A stretch of 64,000 nucleotides of DNA from Octopus sinensis (GCF_006345805.1 NC_043001.1:10974001-11038000); one strand, 5' to 3'; shown: positions 39,401 to 52,330, numbered from the stretch's first letter. The notes: generated from the sequence alone by a model not told the origin. Translations and numbers: made by a program.

Positions 39401-42037
39401 AAACAAGTTCATAACTAGGGTCCGGAACTCTCGTGGGAAAAAATTGCGGCCCGGTGACTCAAAGTCCCGGCCATTTTTACGTTGTCCTGCCGTCTCACCA
39501 CCACAGTAGATTAAATTAGCTTGATAGTTGATCTCTGATTGGCTGTATGCAAATAAGTTTATAACTTGTGTCCGGAACTCTCGTGGGAAAAAGACTTCGT
39601 GTCTCGGTCTCTATAAATCCGGAGCATTCTGATGTTGTCATGCCATGTCACCACAATAGTTGATGAAATTAGTTTGATAGTTGATCTCTGATTGGCTGTA
39701 TGCAAATAAGTACATAAATGGTGTCCGGAACTCTCGTGGGAAAAAATTCGTGGCCCGGTCACTCAAAGTCCCCAGCATTCTTACGTAGTCCTGCCGTGTC
39801 AACCCCATAGTTTGTTTAAATTACTTTGATATTTGATCTCTGATTGGCTGTATGCAAATAATTTCATAACTGGGTCCGGAACTCCCGTGAGAAGAAAAAA
39901 TCGCGGCCCGGTCTGTCAAAGTCTTGAGCATTGTTGCGTAGTCACGCCGTGTCACCACCATAGTTGATGAAATTAATTTGATATTTGATCTTTGATTGGC
40001 TGTATGCAAATAAGTTCATAACTGGGTTCGGAACTCTCGTGGGAAAAAGACTTCGTGTCCCGGTCTCTATAAATCCGGAGCATTCTGATGTTGTCATGTC
40101 ATGTCACCACAATAGTTGATGAAATTAGTTTGATAGTTGATCTCTGATTGGCTGTATGCAAATAAGTACATAAATGGTGTCCGGAACTCTCGTGGGAAAA
40201 AATTTGTGGCCCGGTCACTCAAAGTCCCCACCATTCTTACGTAGTCCTGCCGTGTCAACCCCATAGTTTGTTTAAATTAGTTTGATATTTGATCTCTGAT
40301 TGGCTGTATGCAAATAATTTCATAACTGGGTCCGGAACTCCCGTGAGAAGAAAAATTCGCGGCCCGGTCTGTCAAAGTCTTGAGCATTGTTGCGTAGTCA
40401 CGCCGTGTCACCACCATAGTTGATGAAATTAGTTTGATAGTTGATCTCTGATTGGCTGTATGCAAATAAGTTCATAACTGGGTCTGGAACTCTCGTGGGA
40501 AAAAAAATCGCGACCTGGTCTGTCAAAGTCCAGACCATTCTTACGTAGTCCTGCCGTGTCACCACCATATTTGATTAAATTAGTTTGATATTTGATCTCT
40601 GATTGGCTGTATGCAAATAAGATCATAACTAGGGTCCGGAACTCTCGCGGGAAAAAATTTCGCGACCCGGTCTGTCAAAGTCCCGACCATTGTTTCGTAG
40701 TCACGCCGTGTCACCACCATTGTTGATTAAATTAGTTTGATATTTTAGCTTTGATTGGCTGTATGCAAATAAGTTCATAACTGGGGTCCGGAAGTCTCGT
40801 GTGAAAAAGAATTCGCGGCCCGGTCACTCAAAGTCCCGACCATTGTTTCATTGTCACGCCGTGTCACCACCATAGTTGATTAAATTAGTTTGATGTTTTA
40901 GCTTTGATTGGCTGTATGCAAATAAGTACATAACTGGGGTCCGAAACTCTCGTGGGAAAAAATTCGCGGCCCGTTCTGTCAAAGTCCCGACCATTGTTTC
41001 GTAGTCGCGCCGTGTCACCACCATATTTGTTTAAATGAGTTTGATTGTTCATCTCTGATTGGCTGTATGCAAACAAGTTCATAACTGGGGTCCGGAACTC
41101 TCGTGGGAAAAAGAATTTGCGCCCCCGTCTCTATAAATCTCGAGCATTCTGACGTAGTCCCGCCGTGTCACCACCATAGTTGATTAAATTAGTTTGATAG
41201 TTGATCTCTGATTGGCTGTATGCAAATAAGTTCATAACTGGGGTCCGGAACTCTCGTGGGAAAAAATTTCGCGACCCGGTCTGTCAAAGTCCCGACCATT
41301 GTTTCGTAGTCACGCCGTGTCACCACCATTGTTGATTAAATTAGTTTGATATTTTAGCTTTGATTGGCTGTATGTAAATCAGTTCATAACTGGGGTCCGG
41401 AAGTATCGTGGGAAGAAGAATTCACGGCCCGGACTCTCAAAGTCCCGACCATTGTTTTATAGTCCTGCCGTGTCACCACCATAGTTGATTAAATTAGTTT
41501 GATATTTTAGCTTTGATTGGCTGTATGCAAATAAGTTAATAACTGGGGTCCGGAACTCTCGTGGGAAAAGATTCGTGGCCCGGTCACTCAAAGTCCCCAC
41601 CATTCTTACGTAGTCCTGCCGTGTCAACCCCATAGTTGATTAAATTAGTCTGATATTTGATCTCTGATTGGCTGTATGCAATTAAGTTCATATCTGGGGT
41701 CCGGAACTCTCGTGAGAAGAAGAATTCGCGGCTCGGTCTGTCAAAGTCCCGACCATTGTTTCGTAGTCACGCCGTGTCACCACCATAGTTGATTAAATGA
41801 GTTTGATAGTTCATCTCTGATTGGCTGTATGCAAACAAGTTCATAACTGGGATCCGGAATTCTCGTGGGAAAAAGAATTCGCGGCCCCGTCTCTATAAAT
41901 TCCGAGCATTCTGACGTAGTCCCGCCGTGTCACCACCATAGTTGATTAAATTAGTTTGATATTTTAGCTTTGATTGGCTGTATGCAAATAAGTTCATTAC
42001 TGGGGTCCGGAACTTTGGTGGGAAAAAATTTGCGTCC
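36472..42037. repeat. Tandem satellite-like array, 37 monomers of ~152 bp
   Basis: Block (C/T)TGATTGGCTGTATGCAAAT recurs every 151-153 bp from 36488 to 41970, with a few variant copies; conserved GTGTCACCACCATAGTTGATTAAATTAGTTTGAT; variable middle segment. Confidence 0.97.
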
Positions 42038-42159
42038 AGGTTTACTTCCACTGCGTGCCAACTACTCTTCTATTGCAGCCTCGAAGCGACTAATGTGTCC
42101 GGCGTGGATTTGGTAGACTATAGCAGAAAGAAGTCTGGCGTGTATGTACACACACACAC

Positions 42160-42192
<33 letters not shown>

Positions 42193-42464
42193 CACGTGCC
42201 TGAGAGTACTTTACAGCATATAAATGAAACTTCGATCGCACAATAACTGTGAAAACAGCTTAAAAGATCGGGTGAATACCGTTAGAACGTCAGCAAGTCC
42301 TGTGTGCATATTTCCTTGATCTTCTAAGCTGTTCCCACAGGCATTCTAGGTTCGAGACTTCCTTTGTTTGCTGTCAGATACCGCCAACCCACTCGGTACT
42401 TCAAATGTTTGTGTGTAAAAATGTACTCCTATCTCAAAAGTTATTATTAGGTTACGTTTATCAA

Positions 42465-42735
42465 TTTGTGTTGCTAGATTCCTGATGTGAAATCGTGTGT
42501 TGAAAGGGATATTGTTGTATTTCGGGACGGTCACTTCTTGTTGCCAAATAAAACACACGCACCATACCTTCGTTCTTCACTCGTTTATTACTCTTTTTAT
42601 TCTAAGTCATGTCCATTGTCTGGGAATCTTTCGTCACACATCTGAGACCTCTTCAGCGACACTTTCCATCTTCGTGTATGCTCTCGCTCCTCTTATACCA
42701 TTCTTCATATTAGGCATTTAAAAGAACGGTATTTA
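42465..42735 (-). mobile_element. Penelope-like pLTR fragment with hammerhead motif
   Basis: Shares its end with 46772-46850; minus strand CTGAAGA-G-GTC-loop-GAC-GAAA-GAT-TC at 42617-42662. Confidence 0.6.
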
Positions 42736-43211
42736 CTGTCAGGGATCGTTTATCTTAATGGTATAAAACGCACATCCGAAATTTAAAAGATTCTGTGGTT
42801 GTTCCTCTGTAGCGACTGGCTGGCTACCCCTTACCCTCTTCTAAGGGTATTTACCAGATCTTCTAAGCTGTTTTTACAGATATTCTACGTCTGAGAATTT
42901 CTTTTATTTTCTGCAAAATGTACACTTATGTATGTATATATCTATTTGAGTGTGTCTTTCTGCTTGTCCCCACCGCCGCTTGACAAGCCGGTGTTAGTTT
43001 GTTTACGTCCCCGTGACTTAGCAATCAGGGCAAAAGCTATCGATAGAATGCGTGCCAGGCTCTTTAAAGGAAATACGTTCTAAGATGGATTCATTCGACT
43101 AAACCGTCCACGTCAATGTACTAGCATGGCCGCAGTCCAATGATTGAAACACGTAAATAATAAAAGATATAGACAGATGATTTGACTAAGATCAAAGTGT
43201 AGATGATTCGT

Positions 43212-43593
43212 GGCACTCCGTCGGTTACGACGACGAGGGCTCCAGTTGATATGATCAACGGAACAGCCTGCTCGTGAAATTAACGTGCAAGTGGCCGAGC
43301 ACTCCACAGACACGTGTACCCTTAACGCTTAATTCTCAGGGAGAATTAAGCGCGACACAGAGTGTGACAAGGCTGGCCCTTTTGATATACAAGTACATCA
43401 GAAACAGGAAGAAAGAGTGAGAGAAGGTTGCAGTGAAAGAATACAGCAGAGTTCGCCACCACCCCTTGCTGGGGCCTCGTAGAGCTTTAGGTGTTTTCGC
43501 TCAATAAACACTGACAACACTCGGTCTGGGAATCGAAACCGCGATCTTACGACCGCGAGTCCACTGCCCTGACCACTGGACCATTGCACCACC
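43212..43593 (-). mobile_element. SINE family A copy (diverged)
   Basis: Same body and tRNA-like head; abuts the Helitron starting at 43601. Confidence 0.85.
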
Positions 43594-43600
43594 GCAGATA

Positions 43601-43994
43601 TCTTTATATATAAAAGTCAAGTTGTGTGTCTATCTCCTACGATTTAGATTCCTAACTACTCCCACATTTTGCGGTGCAGTGTAACCAAAAGCGGGTATCT
43701 TATAGTCGTGATTCATATCGAGCCCTTCTGGGTATTAGCGCGCGTCTATGATGAGTCTACGATTTAAAAAAAAATTACCATCATTTTTTCCCATTTTAAT
43801 GCATTTTTTTGCTACTATATAAGGGAAGTAGCTCTCTAAAAATGTATTATTAAATCTCAGAACGTAAAAAGCTACAGTAACACCCCTCCTTTGTGGTTAG
43901 CCATATTGAGATGGCTATTATACTTTACACCTCTAAAAATGCTTATATAGTTATTTCCCTTACGAATCCGAGCAACGCCGGGCGATACTGCTAG
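43601..43994 (+). mobile_element. Non-autonomous Helitron, family H1
   Basis: A|TCTTTATATATAAAAG ... CGAGCAACGCCGGGCGATACTGCTAG|T. Confidence 0.88.
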
Positions 43995-44278
43995 TATGAC
44001 TATAATATAATAGTACACAGCATGTTCAAATTATTCCCTATGTGAAAATGATATTGTGAAAGAAGTAGATTACTACGGAAGAAATATATATTTAGATTCG
44101 TTCTAAAACAATTATACGATTGTAACCTAACATATTTAGTAGAGGAGAGATTCAGGATTTTGGAAACGCTCAACTCAATTGAATTATGGAATATTAAGTG
44201 TGCATACGTGTACGCACTAAAGTATGAATAAATATATACATGTGTATGAATACTACATATATACATAATTACATGCAT

Positions 44279-44315
<37 letters not shown>

Positions 44316-44410
44316 TAACTATTTATCTATTTATATACGTATACATCAATGCGTGTGTCAATACACACATATACATATGTATGCATAATGCATATATATG
44401 TGAGTAGATT

Positions 44411-44477
<67 letters not shown>

Positions 44478-44499
44478 GATATACATACATACACACACG

Positions 44500-44530
<31 letters not shown>

Positions 44531-44592
44531 GTAAATGGATAGATAGATAAATAGATAGATAGATTAGATAGATAGATAGATAATAGATAGAC

Positions 44593-44643
<51 letters not shown>

Positions 44644-44735
44644 CAGATAGATGGATAGATAGACAGATAGATAGATAGATAGATAGAATAGATAGATAGA
44701 TAGAGATAGATAGATAGATTGACAAGTAGATAGAC

Positions 44736-44810
<75 letters not shown>

Positions 44811-44970
44811 TAGATAGATAGATAGATATAGAGAGTGAGGTAGATAGATAGATATACAGATAGATATCAATATGTGTACATATACATATATGCAAACATG
44901 CATCCCCCACACATAAAAATATACTCCCGCATTGTGAGACAGATGTATCCGCACACACACACACATACAC

Positions 44971-45010
<40 letters not shown>

Positions 45011-45387
45011 CCATACACACATATACACACGCACACATGCGTACTTTAAATATCTGGCTCTAAATCTCTTTAGGGAGATAAAATAGAATCTTCGTTATAT
45101 AAATTGAGATACACAAGACAGGTATTAAGCTATCGATGCGCAGTGCACGTGCACTCCGAACACGACGGTCACTGCAAAGGCTAATTATCCTCCCACCTTC
45201 ATTTTGGGGGCTGGTATTAGAGCAGGGGTCAAACTGAATACAGCTAAAAATACAACCATATGGACGAACTAGTGGACAGTAATGGGACCAGAAAACATTC
45301 AATCTCACTTTGCTTTTTATATATCTATTAGATCTGTACTAAACGAATTCAAATCAGCAGCGGTCCCTCTGTATCTCTCTCCCCATG

Positions 45388-45447
<60 letters not shown>

Positions 45448-45683
45448 TCAACAACAATTGAGGAACGGCCTCAAATAGGTCATTCGACCCACTAGAAAGA
45501 GCAGCCAGGACTCAAACCGCCAAGTAGTAGTAATTCAGAAATTAAAGGAAAATTAAAAACATTTACCCTATTCATCTTTAGACAATGCATTGTTTCGATG
45601 TTTTTAATGGCAAACCAGCCCAATTAAATTAAATTACACTTAATTAAGTCGATCTACCAAAGGCTACATCTCGTCGGTATATA

Positions 45684-46712
45684 TCTCTCTATATATAAAC
45701 GGCAGTTTGTCTGTCTGTGTATCTGTCTGTGTGTCTGTCAGGTTGTACCTTCACCCTGACCACGGTTTTCAACCAATTCTGATGAAACTTGACACACACA
45801 TAGCCTAATGTCATAATTCAAAACTAACGCAGCGAAAATTTTGAAAAGTTCCCCCAGTTTTGAAAAAAATTCGCTAAATTCGACATAGGGTCGAGAATCT
45901 AAGCTTATCATATGCAACATATTTTCCGTTGTAGTTTTCGCAACTTGCAATCGATTTTCACCAAACTCATGGTGAAGCTTAATGTTACCCTAAGGAACTT
46001 AATTCTGATGTTAGTTTTCCATGCAATACCTTACCATCAGAAAAAAAATCGATAAAATCATGCCATTTTGGGAAATCGCGTTCAAATTCAAGATGACATA
46101 TTTTCGACAATATCTTTAACAAATTGGCAGGAATTTTTTTTTTGAAATTCACAGTGAGCATCGTGTCTGCTCCAAGGGGCTATATGACCCTTTTGATTCC
46201 AATAGGATACATTATTACTGGAAAATAATCGGTTAACTACATCATATGTGACACACATAGCAAACCGAATTTTCTGCGATATTTTTTGAAAGTTCACATA
46301 GATTTTCCCTACACCGATGTTGGACATCAAGTTTGCATTAAATGTCAAACTAACGACTTTTTGTCAATGTAGTTAACAAGTATTGGGAGAAATCGACAAA
46401 ACCATATCATGCGAACCCTACAAAACTGACTTTTGTTAAATAGTTGGCGGATTTCAGGCAATTTAGTCGATTTTTGCCGCTTTTATCATAAAGGTTACTA
46501 GAAATGGCATATGTTTTCCTTTTGCTTCAAATCTGAGCAATGTTGGGCTGTAGTCATGCATGCAAGGGAACGGTGCCTTGAATGCCTTAATGCCTTTTAG
46601 GCTTCATTTTACAAAATAACGGTTCAATGAGTACAAAAAAGGGTAAAACACTAAAGGACATTGCTTATCGACAGTTTCTTACATACCCGGGCTACGCCGG
46701 GCTATGCTGCTA

Positions 46713-46713
<1 letters not shown>
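45684..46713 (+). mobile_element. Non-autonomous Helitron, longer family H2
   Basis: A|TCTCTCTATATATAAAC, (TCTG/TG)n near the 5' end, 3' hairpin CCCGGGCTACGCCGGG then CTAG|T. Confidence 0.8.
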
Positions 46714-46758
<45 letters not shown>

Positions 46759-46771
46759 GTTTATATATTTG

Positions 46772-47227
46772 TTGTGCTAGATATTTTATGTGAAGTCGTG
46801 TGTTGAAACAGATATTGTTATATTTCGGAATGGTCATTTTGCCAGTTTAGCCAATAAAAACACACACAGTATATATTTGGTGTTACTATGCTTCAGCGTT
46901 ATCTATTTTTTACATTAATCTTAATTTTATTTCGGCCAGAGTCCTTTCGTCACATAGACGCACATAGAGATATAAGCATGCGCAAATGAAGACATACAAT
47001 AGAAATACAAAATGGCTGACGGTTACTAAGGTGAGACACAAATAAGAAAGAAGAAAAAAAAGGACCACTGATGCGGTCACAGGAGTGTGACGAAAGAACT
47101 CTGGCCGAAATAAGATTAAGATTAATGTAAAAAATAAATAACACTGAAGCAAAATAACACCAAATATATAGTGCGTGTGTTTTTATTGGCTAAACTGGCA
47201 AAATGATCATTCCGAAATATAACAATA
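46772..47227 (+). mobile_element. Penelope-like foldback element with hammerhead-like motif
   Basis: Inverted arms 46813-46954 and 47086-47227; CCA-CTGATGC-G-GTCAC-loop-GTGAC-GAAA-GAAC-TC-TGG at 47065-47104. Confidence 0.65.
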
Positions 47228-47234
47228 ATATATA

Positions 47235-47303
<69 letters not shown>

Positions 47304-47452
47304 CAGTATACATTTAAACACATCCACTTCGGTTTGAGGATATCTTCATCGCCTATTTATTGCCCCGGTGCATTCTACATGCATTTATATATACATTCAC
47401 TCATTCTCTGTAAGAAATATTTGTATTCCCTACAGCCTATCAATATAATCTC

Positions 47453-47507
<55 letters not shown>

Positions 47508-47635
47508 GTCTATCTATCTATCAGCACACACACACATATATATATATTTTTACACACATGCATACATACATGAATTCTTGCATATATATAAACATACATA
47601 CATATATATGTGTGTGTATATATAAATATATATAC

Positions 47636-47683
<48 letters not shown>

Positions 47684-47821
47684 CTAAAAACGGTAAGATA
47701 ACAAAAGAAAGAAAGAGACCTCAATATTATGTAAATAGAAGAAATAGAGGTGGATTTCCACTTCGGCATCCGTAACTCAGAGTTTTATCTTGGCTATTGA
47801 ATAATGTCACATATGTTACAG

Positions 47822-47891
<70 letters not shown>

Positions 47892-48424
47892 CATATATAT
47901 ATATAATTAAGAGAAGAAAATGGAGAGATAATGGTTAATATTTATTCATCAACAAATTGATAGTCATTTCTTCCTACACGTGTTTCCATTTGTACTCATT
48001 AAATAAATTTCAAATTTATGCATTAAATTTACATTTATAAGTTACGTGCAAAATATCACCATGGAAAATTTAGACATTAAAAGCTTACGTCGTCCAATGT
48101 GTTCATTCCAACAGACTAAATGTATGGAATTGATTTATTTTTTATTTATTATATTATAAGTTATTTTATTCTATTTTCTTTCTGTATTTTATTTTTATTT
48201 TATCTTTATTTTTTATTTTACTTCTTATTTTATCTTATTCTTTATTTTAATTTATTCTATTATATTCAAACGAATCCATTAACCCCCACGCATATACATA
48301 AATATAAATGTGTGTGTGTATGTACAAATATAAATATGTTTATATATATGTGTGCGTGTGTGTATACATACATGCGTACATGAATACACCCATACATATG
48401 CGCCCATACTCATATTAGTTTTAA

Positions 48425-49118
48425 ATTTTAGCACAAGGCCAGCAAATTCGCTGGAGGCAGTAAGTCGATTATGTCGACCCCTGGCACAGCCGATTCCTTT
48501 TTATCGACTGCGAAAGGATGAAAGGCAAAGTTGACCTCGGCGGAATTTGAACTCAGAACGTGCAGACAGACGAATGAGAGAGCAGTGCATGTCACCAAGT
48601 GACACTGGGGTAAAATATACGAAACCCAGTATACCCATCATGACTAACCGTCTGATATGGGGTAAAATATACGAAGCCCAGTGTCACTTTGATGGCATGC
48701 ACTGCTCTCTCACTCAATAATAATAATAATAATAATGATAATAATAATAATGCTTTCTACTATAAGCACAAGACCTGAAATTTTGGTGGCAGCGTGGTAG
48801 GGCCAGTATTCAACTGGTACTTATTTTATCGATTCCCGTGAAGCTGAAAGGCAAAGTCGACCTCGGCAAGATTTGAACACATTGCGTAAAGATGGACAAA
48901 ATTGCCTTTCTACACTAGGCACAAGGCCAGAAATTTTTTGGGAAGTAGGGTAAGTCGATTAAATCGACCCTAGTACGCAAGTGGTACTTATTTCATCGAC
49001 TCCGAAAAGATGAAAGGCAAAATCGACCTCGGTGGAATTTGAACTCAGGGCGTAGCGGCAGACGAAATACAGATAAGCATTTCGTCCAGCGTGCTAACGA
49101 TTCTGCCAGCTCACCGCC
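48425..49118 (-). mobile_element. Cluster of SINE family C copies and fragments
   Basis: Three core matches (~48425-48570, 48760-48890, 48915-49118) with a family E fragment between them. Confidence 0.7.
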
Positions 49119-49152
49119 TTGTCTGTACACATATTGATATTTGCATTTATGT

Positions 49153-49535
49153 GGCGGCGCAATGGACCAGTGGTTAGGGCAGTGGACTTGCAGTCATAGG
49201 ATCGCGGTTTCGATCCTCAGACCGGGCTTTATGAGTGTTCATTGAGCGAAAACACCTAAAGCTGCACGAGGCTCCGGCATGTGGTAGTGGCTAACCCTGC
49301 TGTACTCTTTCACCACAACTTTCTCTCACTCTTTCTTCCTCTTTCTGTTGTACCTGTATTTCAAAGGGGCCAGCCTTCTCACACCCTGTGACACACTGAA
49401 TCTCCCCCCATGAACTACGTTAAAGGTACACATGTCTGCCCAGTACTCAGCCACTTGCACGTTAATTTCACGAGCAGGCTGTTCCGTTGATCGGATCAAC
49501 CGGAACTCCCGTCGTCGTAACCGACGGAGTACCAC
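49153..49535 (+). mobile_element. SINE family A copy (diverged)
   Basis: Same head and body as 443-820. Confidence 0.85.
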
Positions 49536-50179
49536 GATTTGTATTTATACGTATTCAAACCCACATACACACACATTCAGCTAAAACTCTCCTATAGCTG
49601 ATAGGTGAAGATGATTGAACTGATATTTTACGCCCATCATTTATACATACATGCAGCTAATATTCCGCATTTATCCTTTATATTTCCCAGCCATACGGTG
49701 GATTCTAAAGAATCTTATGGTGTAATTTTCTTGTCGACATAACATGATTTATCTTCAAAGCACCAGGTTTCTATGATGTGGTTTCGTGTGCTGTGGGCTG
49801 GTGGGTGTATAGCGACGGCTCCGGTATGGTGCAGTGGTCAGTGTGTATATAGAATGTATGAAGAGACTCTGCAAGTGTCTGTGAATATGAAAAGTAATTG
49901 TATGCATTTGAAGGCGCTTTGCCGTGGTTTGTGTGCTTTGCAAGAAGTGGGTGTATATATATATATATAAGTAGCCTGGTTTCTTCTATGTGTGTGTGTA
50001 TGTGTCTGGTGTATTATATTTGCGCTGTGTTTGATATATAATTATATGTTTGGTCTCTTGTGTGTGTGTGTATGTGTGTGTGTGTGTATGCGTGTGTGTG
50101 TGCGTATGTCTGCATACTGATGTACATGTATTAGTGGTTGTCGTAGACTAATCAATATACATTAATACATGCATATACA

Positions 50180-50212
<33 letters not shown>

Positions 50213-50522
50213 ATATATACATAAATACATACATATATATATACATACATATATATACATATATATATACATGCATATACATATACATATACATAAACAT
50301 ACATATATATATACATAATTACACACACACGTATTTGTATACATATGCATATACATACATAAATACTAACAGACAGACACACGCACACATTCACATAAAC
50401 ACAGATATATACACATATTAAAATCCGAGGACATATTGCATACATCACTGTCTTTATACATTTTATACACATAATATTACGTTCCGTTTTCTCTCCTTTG
50501 GTATCTCTGTTGAAGCATATAT

Positions 50523-50580
<58 letters not shown>

Positions 50581-51141
50581 CAAGCATGTGTGTCTGTGTT
50601 GATAAGAATGCGTATTAAGGTTAGTATATATGTATGTGTGCCTATCTATTGAAATGTGGCTTTGGGGAGCGAAGCCGTAGCATTTCATTGCAACTCGTTG
50701 ATGTACGGGTAAGACAGAGAAGCGATTCACACAGGTCAGTTGGCATTATATTGTAAGTGGATGCTTGAGAGAATACCGTAGCATGTTCTGTTGAAGAAGG
50801 AGGCGTAGGAGGGCGGAGGAGGTGGTGATGGTTGTGGTGGTTGTGGTGGTGGTGGCGGGGGGGGAGTGGATAAGGAAGAGCATGCGGATGGATGACACGA
50901 ATCGAAGAAACCATAGAAGTTTAGATTTGGAACTGTGTAGATCAGTTCCTCTACACCCACCAACGCACAAACCCCCCAGCACACACACGTGCACACACAC
51001 ACACACACACACGCACGCATACACATACACATGTATACATAAAGAAACGGAGATGGATTGGTAGATACATACGCCGATATATATTCATACCTACATAAAT
51101 ATGATACATGCCTGTATATATATATATATATATTATATATA

Positions 51142-51182
<41 letters not shown>

Positions 51183-51769
51183 GATATATACATACATATA
51201 TATACATATATATATATATACATATATATATGTATATATATATGTATATATATATGTTATAATATGTTATATATATATATATAATATATATATATATATA
51301 TGAGAGAGAGAGGGGGAGGGGTGGATAAATAAATAGGGTTACTTAATCTCTTCCTTCAATCTGACTACATTCAAAACACTGCCTGGATTCATCTGGGATT
51401 ATACTTAGGGATCTTCAGGACAAGAGATAGATAAATATCTGGAATAAGCTAGTTAAAGAAAGATAATAGTTACATAAATAAACGTTTATGTGTAGACAAA
51501 CGAAAGAAGGGCACTCAATACATTTATTGGGACTTACGTGTGAATATCAAAACAGTTTTACTTAATATCCTGGGTACTCTGAGTTTCAAGCGTAACGCTA
51601 ATCGACGGCTATTGGAGTCTGACTTCATTGGCCGAGGATTAGCGTCACGCCTGAAAATCAGAGTACCAAAGAGTTTGAATCAAACTATTTTGATCCACAC
51701 ACGCACGCACACGCGCACACACACACACACACAACACGCACACACACACACTGATCGCTAGCCACTAAA

Positions 51770-51934
51770 CCTTTTTTATTAAATTTTCTCTCTCTGTTTA
51801 GTTCTGTGTTCCTTTATGTTGAAGAGCGTAGGCTTGAAACGTAAAAGACTTTCTCACTTCCTGAGCATTAAACTAATACATGTTTGCTATTTACACACCC
51901 GTCTTCGTTTTTTGTTTCTCCCGTAAATTCTCAC

Positions 51935-51937
<3 letters not shown>
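51770..51937 (+). mobile_element. Family F copy
   Basis: Reverse complement of 6469-6660; ends at (TA)n. Confidence 0.65.
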
Positions 51938-51995
<58 letters not shown>

Positions 51996-52084
51996 GATGA
52001 ATATATGTGTGTGTACATGCATGTATATTTGTGTATGTAAACGCACATGCACTTGCGCAAATATTGTTAAAGAAGTAAACTGGA

Positions 52085-52330
52085 AAAGTCATTCAGGGGC
52101 CCATACTACCTGGGATATGTATCACACTGCCTAAATACCAATCTTGAGAAATCAGGCTTCTCAAAACCAGAAAGGAAAAATCTTGTTCGAAGACTACAGA
52201 TGTAAGCCATCACTGGAACTGTAGAAATCTATAAAACTTTCCAGAATTTATCATTTCAGTATATATGAGCATTTCTAGATATGAAAATGTTATATCGCAA
52301 TACTACACAGCGGCTGTGTGAGCTACGAAA
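52085..52330 (+). mobile_element. R4/Dong-like RLE C-terminal remnant
   Basis: LNTNLEKSGFSKPERKNLVRRLQM*AITGTVEIYKTFQ. Confidence 0.5.

Noticed and set aside
36472-42037. CRISPR-like array (constant block plus variable segment)
   Set aside because: The variable segments are point-mutated versions of one another rather than unique spacers, the context is eukaryotic and no cas genes are present; it is a satellite-type array
45060-45308. EGF-like start (DPCSNTSPQNEGG)
   Set aside because: The cysteine spacing does not complete an EGF domain
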